In this document: piece by piece, positions 52,288-61,552 of the stretch
How positions within the stretch are numbered: position 1 is the first letter of the stretch
How the letters are laid out: each line of letters opens with the position of its first letter
From: Rhizobium sp.
Lineage (GTDB): Bacteria > Pseudomonadota > Alphaproteobacteria > Rhizobiales > Rhizobiaceae
Reading direction: 5' to 3'
DNA length: 61,552 nt
NCBI GenBank assembly: GCA_020621905.1
Contig: JAHRYZ010000001.1
Coordinates: forward strand, 1-61,552
The notes under the pieces: model-generated
What the model was told of the DNA's origin: nothing
The model's input: only the letters and a program-made list of their open reading frames with translations
The model's database searches: none
Made by a program: the position numbers and the translations under genes

Positions 52288-52764
52288 TCAGCCCCAGTGG
52301 ATCGCGAGGATCTCGTAGGCCTTGGAGCCGCCGGGTGCGACGACTTCGATGTTGTCACCGACTTCCTTGCCGATCAGGGCACGGGCGATCGGCGAGGAGA
52401 TCGAGATGCGGCCGGCCTTCACGTCGGCTTCCTGGTCGCCGACGATCTGGTAGGTCTTGTGCTCTTCGGTGTCCTCGTCGATGAGCTTGACGGTCGCACC
52501 GAACTTGATCGTGGAGCCGGACATCTTCGACAGGTCGATGACTTCGGCGCGGGCAATCAGGTCTTCAAGCTCGCCGATACGACCTTCGTTATGGCTCTGG
52601 GCTTCCTTGGCGGCGTGATACTCGGCGTTTTCGGAAAGGTCGCCATGGGCGCGCGCTTCGGCGATCGCCTCGATGATGCGGGGGCGTTCTTCCTGTTGGC
52701 GCCAACGCAGTTCCTCGTTCAGCTTCGTGAAGCCGGACTGCGTCATCGGTACCTTTTCTACCAT
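52288..52764 (-). CDS. greA: Transcription elongation factor GreA
   Basis: [33 protein letters not shown]. Confidence 0.97.
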   Translation of the reverse strand: MVEKVPMTQSGFTKLNEELRWRQQEERPRIIEAIAEARAHGDLSENAEYHAAKEAQSHNEGRIGELEDLIARAEVIDLSKMSGSTIKFGATVKLIDEDTEEHKTYQIVGDQEADVKAGRISISSPIARALIGKEVGDNIEVVAPGGSKAYEILAIHWG

Positions 52765-52952
52765 GTCATTTTCCTTCGCATTTCATGCCCGCTTGGCGCT
52801 GGACATAAAAGAAAACAGGTCCCGAAGCGAAGCCACGGAACCAGTTCAAATCAACGATCAAAGAACTATAGCAGATAGGATCGCGCAATTTCCAGAGGTT
52901 TAATTTTTCCTTTCGCAGGAACCTCGAGCGGGCAGCGCCGCGCGGTGGCCGG

Positions 52953-54182
52953 TCACGGCTCGATCCGGTAGTTCTTCGGCAGGTTGCGGGGGCGATAGGG
53001 ACCGTCGGATGGCATTCCGTTCAGCCGATCGACCACGGATCGGTGGATCAGGGCATCTTCCGGAATGAAGCGCGGATCCGAGAGCGGCAGATATACCCCA
53101 CCGCCCTTGCCGCCGTGGCGCCAGGACGAGGAGGGGATGCGACGCGGCAGATATTCGACCAGTCGCCAGACGAGGTTCATGGAGTCGTGTGCTCTGGCCA
53201 TCGAATCGGGCTCGACATAGGCCTTCTTCGGATTCTTGCCGAGCACGACCTCGTTGACGGTGAGTGTCGCATAGTCGAGTCCCATGGCCTTCGTCTCCTC
53301 GATCATCCAGGCGAGCGGAAGCTTGATAAGTGCGCTCTCTTTTTCGGGGTAGCCGCCGCCGACATCGCCGTGCACGCCGGTGAACCACACCTCCTTGACG
53401 TCCTGCGGCACCACGGGCTTGTCCTTGGGCGGCCGGAAGGGGCTGCCCCAGAAGGGCTGGTCGGGAACCCAGGGTTCGGCGCGGTACATGGTCCGCTTCT
53501 CGTCGATGGCGACGGCATGGCGCACCCGCCGGACGCTCGGATTGCGGTGGGTGAAGGGGTGGGTCTTGAGTTTCAGGCCGACCCTGCCGGATTCGATCAC
53601 CGAGGCGACGGTGTCGAACAGGCCGAGCAGCTCAATCGCAGGGCGGTAGCCCTTGAGCGTGCGCTCGTAGAGCCGCATGTCAGCAAAGGCGGAATTGCCT
53701 GCCTCGTCCTCTCCATCGGCCGTCGTCTTGTGCTCGGAAATGCCCTTGTAGGTGCGGTAGGCATAGTCGACCAGGTTCAGCTGCTGCGGCCGGATCAGGC
53801 CGAGACTGTGGATGAAGCCGGCGAGAACCCTTGCCGTATAGGCGCCACGGCTGAAGCCGAAAAGATAGATCCGGTCGTCCTCGCCGATTCTCTTACCGTC
53901 CTTGTCGCGCGGGGCTGCCTGGTAGTTCTCGACGATGAAGCGATAGGCCTGCTTGACGTTGGCGTCGATGCCCCAGCCGGTGGCAAGGCCCCAGATCTCG
54001 ACCGCCTTGCGCCACCAGCGCGACCAGGCATTGTCGGCGCCGAAGGTGCCGACGCCGGGATCGTAGTAGACGATCTGTTCTTCGGTACGGCGCAGCGTGC
54101 CGAACAGGCGCAGGATATTGGTGCGGTCGGCGGCGATCTCGTTCGAGGTTCCGTCGAACAGAAGAACGATGTTCTTGCCCAT
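52953..54182 (-). CDS. DUF2235 (Tle1-like alpha/beta hydrolase) protein
   Basis: LLFDGTSN, YYDPGVGT, GFSRGAYTAR, GLFDTV, HAVAIDE.R, WFTGVHGDVGGGY. Confidence 0.9.
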   Translation of the reverse strand: MGKNIVLLFDGTSNEIAADRTNILRLFGTLRRTEEQIVYYDPGVGTFGADNAWSRWWRKAVEIWGLATGWGIDANVKQAYRFIVENYQAAPRDKDGKRIGEDDRIYLFGFSRGAYTARVLAGFIHSLGLIRPQQLNLVDYAYRTYKGISEHKTTADGEDEAGNSAFADMRLYERTLKGYRPAIELLGLFDTVASVIESGRVGLKLKTHPFTHRNPSVRRVRHAVAIDEKRTMYRAEPWVPDQPFWGSPFRPPKDKPVVPQDVKEVWFTGVHGDVGGGYPEKESALIKLPLAWMIEETKAMGLDYATLTVNEVVLGKNPKKAYVEPDSMARAHDSMNLVWRLVEYLPRRIPSSSWRHGGKGGGVYLPLSDPRFIPEDALIHRSVVDRLNGMPSDGPYRPRNLPKNYRIEP

Positions 54183-54303
54183 GGTCTGCCCCCGTCATCG
54201 TAGCGCATCGAAGCTATCACAGCCGTGTCATGTTTACAATTTTAAGTGGATGCCGCAGTCTTGCGACATCCTGTCGAGGATTGCGGGCAAGGGGAGGACG
54301 AGC

Positions 54304-55344
54304 ATGCCTGATCTGAGAGTGGCCACCTTCAATCTCTACCATTTTGCTGCGCCGGGCATCTTCTGGCACGAGCGCAAGGCGAATGCGACCTACACGCCGG
54401 AGCAATGGGCGGCGAAGCTCGCATGGATTTCGGGCATGCTGGCAAAGATGAACGCCGATGTGGTCGGTTTCCAGGAAGTGGTTTCCGACGAGGCCCTGAG
54501 GGTTCTCACCCAGGCGGCCGGCTATCCCTACTTCTTCAAGGCGGCGCGCGCGATCTTCGATCCGGACGACCCGGAGGTTTATGTCAACGCTACGGTGGCG
54601 ATCGCCTCGCGGCTGCCTTTCACCACGGTGAACGACCTAGCCGGTGTCGCCGGCATCCCGGCCGACACGGTGATCGACCAGAGCTTCGGCTTCTCGCGCG
54701 TTCCGGTCGAGGCCGTCGTGCAGGTGCCGGGCATCGGTGAGGTCATGGTCTATGTCTGCCATCTGAAATCGCAGGGCGCCTTCGTCGATCCGGACGAGAT
54801 CGACGCGATCGGCGACTGGGCGGACAAGGTGAAGCGCTACTATGCGCTGAGGGCCATGGCCGGCGTCGACCAGGTGGCCAAGCGGGCCGCCGAGGCGGCT
54901 GCGCTCTACCGCACCTTCCGGCGCACGATTGACGTCGATCCCGACGCGGCCGTGATCCTGCTCGGCGACATGAACGAGGATCCCGAATCCCACACGCTCG
55001 GCATCCTGACGCAGGGCGAACGGGTGTTTTCCTGGGGCAGCGTGGCCGGGGATGCGATCCCGGAGGAATTCGCCCATCTGAAGCACGTCTTCAAGCTCTA
55101 CGACGCCTGGAATCTCGTGCCGAACCAGCAGAACACCCGCCCGGTTACCCACGTCAGCGCCAGCCACAGCTCGGTTCTCGACTACGTGATCCTGTCGAAC
55201 GGCCTCAATCCGAAAAATCCGCGGCGACACGGTACGGTGAGCAAGGTCGAGGTGTTTGATGCGCATCTCTTCGACGACTCGGTGCGCGGCGTCGTGTCGG
55301 ACCATGCTCCGGTCGTGGCCACGATTACCGGTCCCGCCGTCTGA
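54304..55344 (+). CDS. Endonuclease/exonuclease/phosphatase family protein
   Basis: VATFNL, ADVVGFQE, HLKS, LGDMN, LDYV, SDHAPV. Confidence 0.88.
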   Translation: MPDLRVATFNLYHFAAPGIFWHERKANATYTPEQWAAKLAWISGMLAKMNADVVGFQEVVSDEALRVLTQAAGYPYFFKAARAIFDPDDPEVYVNATVAIASRLPFTTVNDLAGVAGIPADTVIDQSFGFSRVPVEAVVQVPGIGEVMVYVCHLKSQGAFVDPDEIDAIGDWADKVKRYYALRAMAGVDQVAKRAAEAAALYRTFRRTIDVDPDAAVILLGDMNEDPESHTLGILTQGERVFSWGSVAGDAIPEEFAHLKHVFKLYDAWNLVPNQQNTRPVTHVSASHSSVLDYVILSNGLNPKNPRRHGTVSKVEVFDAHLFDDSVRGVVSDHAPVVATITGPAV

Positions 55345-55441
55345 GGGGAGGCTGGGCGAGGCGCTTATCATAGCGCTTCGCCCAGCACCCACCCGCGCAT
55401 CGGCAATGCGGCGTGGTCCGGTGCTTTCTTCGGCCGCTGTC

Positions 55442-56980
55442 TCAGTGGGCAGCCGTTGCGGCTGCCGGCGGGTTCGTGCCATAGACCCTGCGCGCGAGCA
55501 GGGCGAGCGCCACCAGCGTGATCGCGGCAACGGCGCAGGAGACGGCAAAGCCGAGCGAGAAGCTGTCGCGCGCCACGCCGAGCCAGGGCGTCTCTTCGCC
55601 CTTCATGCTGCCCGCGACCTCGACGGCGGCGGCAAGCGTCGAACGGCTGGCCTCAGCCAGAGGCGGCGGCAAGGCGCCGAGGTCGGTGGTGGCCATGGCC
55701 AGCCGGTAGATGACACTGGCGAGGCTGCCGAGCAGGGCAACACCCATGGCGCCGCCGAATTCCGCACTGGTCTCGGAGATCGCCGAGGCAGCACCAGCGC
55801 GCTCGGGCGGGGCGGAGCCGACGATGAGGCCGGTCGTGGTCAAGACGACCGGTACGAAGCCGAGGCCGATCAGCATACTGGCGAACAGCACCCCGTAGAG
55901 GCTCTGGCCATACGCCGCCATCGCCATGACGGCCGCACCGATCGCATTGACGGCAAGCCCGAGCAGCACGGTACGGACCGGGCCCAGCCGGTTGATGATC
56001 CGGTAGGCCTGGAGCGACATGACGGTAAAGACAAGGCTGGGCGCAATCGACCAGAGCGCGGCCTGCAGCGGCGAAAGCCCGAGCACCAGCTGCATGAACT
56101 GGTTCTTTAACAGGAAGATGCCGAAGACGAAGAAGACGCCGAACAGGTTGACCATAAGCGAAGCGGTAAAGGAGGGGATGGCGAACAGCGACAGGTCGAT
56201 CAGCGGGTCTTCCAGGCGCATCTGGCGGCGGAGAAACAGGACGCCCAGACCGAGGCCAATCGCGATCGGCAACAGCTGGACCGGCTCGAAGCCGTCAGTG
56301 GCGATGTGCTTGAGACCGTAGATGACGGGCAGGACGGTCGCCAGCGACAGAAGCACGCTCGCAACATCGATCCGGCCGGACTCTTCGCTGCGGAATTCCG
56401 GCAGCAGGAAGGGGGAGGCGACGACCTGCGCCAGCATGACCGGGACATTGATCAGGAACACCGATCCCCAGTGGAAGAATTCCAGCAGGACGCCACCGAG
56501 CAGCGGTCCGATCAGGCCGCCAAGGGCAAAGGCCGTGCCCCAGATGCCGATGGCCCGGTTTCGCTCGGACTCGTCGGAGAACAGGTTGACGACCAGCGAG
56601 AGGGTGGAGGGGGCGATGGTGGCCCCGGCGATGCCGAGCAGGGCGCGGGCAAAGATGAGCATCGACGCGGTCGTGGCGAAGGCGGCGAAGAGCGAGGCCA
56701 GACCGAAGGCGGCAGCGCCGATCATCAGGATCCTGCGGCGGCCGACCCGGTCGCCAAGAGTGCCCATCGTCACCAGGAAGCCGGCGACCATGAACCCGTA
56801 GATGTCGTTGATCCAGAGCAGTTCGGCGGCCGACGGCGCCAGATCGGCGGTGATCGCGGGCATGGCGAGAAACAGGACGGAGAGGTCCATGGAATAGACC
56901 AGGCAGGCGATGGAAAGGACGAACAGTCCGATCCATTCGCGGCCGGTCGCCCGCGCTGCAATGGGCAAAGATTCGGTCAT
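55442..56980 (-). CDS. MFS drug:H+ antiporter (DHA2, 14-TM, SmvA/QacA-like)
   Basis: MDLSVLFLAMP, LLWINDIYG, GTLGDRVGRRR, WGSVFLINVP. Confidence 0.9.
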   Translation of the reverse strand: MTESLPIAARATGREWIGLFVLSIACLVYSMDLSVLFLAMPAITADLAPSAAELLWINDIYGFMVAGFLVTMGTLGDRVGRRRILMIGAAAFGLASLFAAFATTASMLIFARALLGIAGATIAPSTLSLVVNLFSDESERNRAIGIWGTAFALGGLIGPLLGGVLLEFFHWGSVFLINVPVMLAQVVASPFLLPEFRSEESGRIDVASVLLSLATVLPVIYGLKHIATDGFEPVQLLPIAIGLGLGVLFLRRQMRLEDPLIDLSLFAIPSFTASLMVNLFGVFFVFGIFLLKNQFMQLVLGLSPLQAALWSIAPSLVFTVMSLQAYRIINRLGPVRTVLLGLAVNAIGAAVMAMAAYGQSLYGVLFASMLIGLGFVPVVLTTTGLIVGSAPPERAGAASAISETSAEFGGAMGVALLGSLASVIYRLAMATTDLGALPPPLAEASRSTLAAAVEVAGSMKGEETPWLGVARDSFSLGFAVSCAVAAITLVALALLARRVYGTNPPAAATAAH

Positions 56981-57069
56981 GACCTCGTGTCCGCGAAAAA
57001 TCCGGCGGAGAATTTCGCGTTCCCCGCCTTGGCAAGTGTCAATTTTGTTCGGCCGCAACTCCCGGTGGT

Positions 57070-57534
57070 TCAGCCGGTCTGCGTCCTGAGATAAGCGTCG
57101 AGCTTGGCGAGCGTCTGGTTGCCGCCATCGACTGCACCGAACTTCAGCGTCGCGTTGCGCGCCTCGGGCGTGGGAAAGACGAGGGTCAGCGTCACGCGGG
57201 TCTTGTTTCCTTCCGCCTCGAAGCGGATCTCGCCCTCGAAATGGGCGGGCTCGTCGATCTCGCCGCCGTGATCATAGAAGAGGCGTGTCGGCGGGTTGAT
57301 CTCACGGTAGCGGATCCAGTTCGGCCAGGCCTTGCCGTCCGGGCCATGCATCGTGTAGCGCCACAGGCCGCCGACCGAGAAATCCATTTCATGGGTCTCG
57401 TTGGTGAAGCCGTCCGGCCCCCACCAGGCGTCGAGATGCCGGGCCTCGGAGAACATCCTGAAGACGAGTTCGGGAGGAGCGCCGACGAGGCGCGAGACGG
57501 AGAGGATTCTGTTCGGATCTGCGTGGACTGTCAT
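57070..57534 (-). CDS. SRPBCC/AHSA1 domain protein
   Basis: WWGPDGF, DFSVGGLWRYTMHGPDG, GGNQTLAKL. Confidence 0.88.
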   Translation of the reverse strand: MTVHADPNRILSVSRLVGAPPELVFRMFSEARHLDAWWGPDGFTNETHEMDFSVGGLWRYTMHGPDGKAWPNWIRYREINPPTRLFYDHGGEIDEPAHFEGEIRFEAEGNKTRVTLTLVFPTPEARNATLKFGAVDGGNQTLAKLDAYLRTQTG

Positions 57535-57536
57535 GG

Positions 57537-57983
57537 TCAAGCCTTCCCGGTCTGGTTTTGAAGGTGGTCTTCCAGGCGGTCGAAATTCTGCTCGTTGGCC
57601 GCCGCCAGGAATTTCTCGAGCTGCAGGTTTTCCTCGGTGGCATCGAATAGCATGCGCCAGGTGAGCCGCGTGCCATCCGCCTCCTCGTCGAAAGTCATGG
57701 TCATCGTGAAGACGTGCATGGGCAGGTGGTGGACATAGCTGATCCGCTCCGGCTCGACGTTCTCCTCGAACGTGGCGTGGTTGTCGAAATCGGTGCCGTT
57801 GGAGGCGGTCATGACGATCCGCCACTTGCCGCCCGGCCTGAAATCGAATTCGGGGACGGTATTGGTGAAGCCGTGGGGACCCCACCAGTGCTTCAGTTGG
57901 TCGGGCTCGGCGAAGGCATCGAACACCGCCTGGCGGCTCGCCGCAAAGAGACGCGTGTTCAGGATTTCAAGCTTGTCACTCAT
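57537..57983 (-). CDS. SRPBCC/AHSA1 domain protein
   Basis: WWGPHGFTNT, DFRPGGKWRIVM, NEQNFDRLE. Confidence 0.88.
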   Translation of the reverse strand: MSDKLEILNTRLFAASRQAVFDAFAEPDQLKHWWGPHGFTNTVPEFDFRPGGKWRIVMTASNGTDFDNHATFEENVEPERISYVHHLPMHVFTMTMTFDEEADGTRLTWRMLFDATEENLQLEKFLAAANEQNFDRLEDHLQNQTGKA

Positions 57984-58329
57984 GATCGTCGCCTTTCTTG
58001 TCAGCGTCGTGCTTGATGGTTTCGAGATAGGTTTCCAGCCGGTCGAAGCGGTGCTCCCAAAGATCGCGGTATTCCTCGAGCCAGCTGTCCAGCTTCTGCA
58101 GCGGCTCCGGCTCCAGCCGGCAGGGGCGCCACTGGGCGGTGCGGCTTCGCGAGATCAGCTTGGCCCGCTCCAACACCTTCAGGTGCTTGGAGACCGCCGG
58201 AAGGCTCATGGCGAAGGGCTCGGCCAGTTCGTTGACCGTCGCCTCGCCGCGCGCCAGTCGCGCCAGGATCGCCCGGCGGGTGGGGTCGGCGAGCGCGGAG
58301 AGCGTATCGGAGAGGGGGTCGAGAGACAT
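57976..58329 (-). CDS. ArsR-family regulator
   Basis: ALADPTRRAILARL, SLPAVSKHLKVLERA, AQWRPCRL. Confidence 0.92.
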   Translation of the reverse strand: MSLDPLSDTLSALADPTRRAILARLARGEATVNELAEPFAMSLPAVSKHLKVLERAKLISRSRTAQWRPCRLEPEPLQKLDSWLEEYRDLWEHRFDRLETYLETIKHDADKKGDDHE

Positions 58330-58366
58330 ATTTAGCTCATTGGTTAATTAACCTAATGGCTAAATA
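58329..58366. promoter_or_regulatory. AT-rich inverted repeat, putative ArsR operator
   Basis: TATTTAGC...GGTTAATTAACC...GCTAAATA abutting the start codon. Confidence 0.65.
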
Positions 58367-58443
58367 CATGACATGACAAACACGGTCAATCCCAGTTCCG
58401 CGCTAAGGCGTTCGCAACACGGCAATGGGCGGAGAAGTTGATA

Positions 58444-58743
58444 TCAGGCCGCGCGGGGCGTGATGGCGGCCAATTCGTCGGCGATGACGCGCCGCCGCTG
58501 CAACAGGTCGAAATCCGCCTGGAGCCCAAGGAAATACCCCTCGCTGACGCCGAAGTACCGCGCCAGGCGAAGATCGGTATCCGCCGAAACCGATCTCTTT
58601 CCAAGGACGATTTCGTTGATGCGGCGAGGCGGCAAACCGATCGCGCGGGCGAGGCCGTTCTGGCTGAGCTGAATTGGCTTCATGAACTCCTCGGCCAAGA
58701 TTTCACCCGGCGAGGGATTTGGGAGGTGTTCCGCTTCAGTCAT
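58444..58743 (-). CDS. higA: HigA antitoxin (XRE HTH)
   Basis: PSPGEILAEEFM, LARAIGLPPRRINEIVLGKRSVSADTDLRLARYFG. Confidence 0.92.
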   Translation of the reverse strand: MTEAEHLPNPSPGEILAEEFMKPIQLSQNGLARAIGLPPRRINEIVLGKRSVSADTDLRLARYFGVSEGYFLGLQADFDLLQRRRVIADELAAITPRAA

Positions 58744-59020
58744 GATAGTCGACGATTTCGACATCCTCTGCTCCTCCATCCTTCCAAACGAAACAAAGCC
58801 GCCATTGGTCGTTCACGCGGATGCTGTGCTGCCCCTGGCGATTGCCTTTCAATGCTTCGAGCAGGTTTCCTGGCGGCACGCGCGAATCTGTGATCGAGCG
58901 CGACTGATTGAGCATGCGCAATTTCCGCAACGCGACTGCTTGTATGTCGGGCGGAAGCTTCCGGCTTCGCAGACCGGACCAAACCAGGCTCGTTGCTTCG
59001 TCTGCAAAGCTTCGGATCAT
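58736..59020 (-). CDS. higB: HigB toxin (RelE/ParE family)
   Basis: MIRSFAD, PPGN.LEALKGNRQGQHSIRVNDQWRLCF.W, VEIVDYH; toxin-first order. Confidence 0.92.
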   Translation of the reverse strand: MIRSFADEATSLVWSGLRSRKLPPDIQAVALRKLRMLNQSRSITDSRVPPGNLLEALKGNRQGQHSIRVNDQWRLCFVWKDGGAEDVEIVDYHD

Positions 59021-59034
59021 TTCCCGAATATAAC

Positions 59035-59073
59035 AAAGAACGACCATAACGCGACGCGTTATGGTCGTTCTTT
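59035..59073. promoter_or_regulatory. Perfect 19-bp-arm palindrome: putative HigA operator and/or carB terminator
   Basis: AAAGAACGACCATAACGCG-A-CGCGTTATGGTCGTTCTTT. Confidence 0.7.
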
Positions 59074-59099
59074 TTTGCGGCACGCTGTCGTTCGAGCTG

Positions 59100-61552
<2,453 letters not shown>

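Overview
High-GC alphaproteobacterial chromosome segment. Gene order and protein sequences (aatA, lsrB/vtlR-trxB-lrp, lpsB/lpcC-greA, carB, an AbcR sRNA) point to Rhizobiaceae. The core backbone (1-10.5 kb and 39-61.5 kb) is interrupted by a ~27.7 kb degraded genomic island (~11045-38755) lying between the two halves of a broken Ca2+/H+ antiporter gene. An IS3 remnant marks the island's left end; a tyrosine-integrase/pRiA4b-ORF3 fusion remnant marks its right end. The island carries (i) a rearranged APS-like pentose-polysaccharide cluster (uxs, GT2 synthase, ugd, two GH26, two DUF995, epimerase), (ii) a hipA pseudogene, (iii) a MarR-associated peptide-type ABC uptake/flavin-oxidase catabolic cluster with a shared operator-like palindrome, and (iv) a socR-socABCD-like Amadori-compound (santhopine) operon. 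Outside the island the most unusual items are a miniaturised sortase-substrate/sortase gene pair, a degenerate EAL protein, a single AbcR sRNA where model rhizobia have two, and an LPS-core locus with three candidate ulosonic-acid (Kdo/Sia) transferases of different families, including a eukaryote-like GT29 protein. Many genes, including housekeeping carB, carry patchy indels typical of long-read error, so most frameshifts should not be read as true pseudogenes. All family assignments come from motif recognition and recall, not from database searches. No rRNA, tRNA or CRISPR array was seen.
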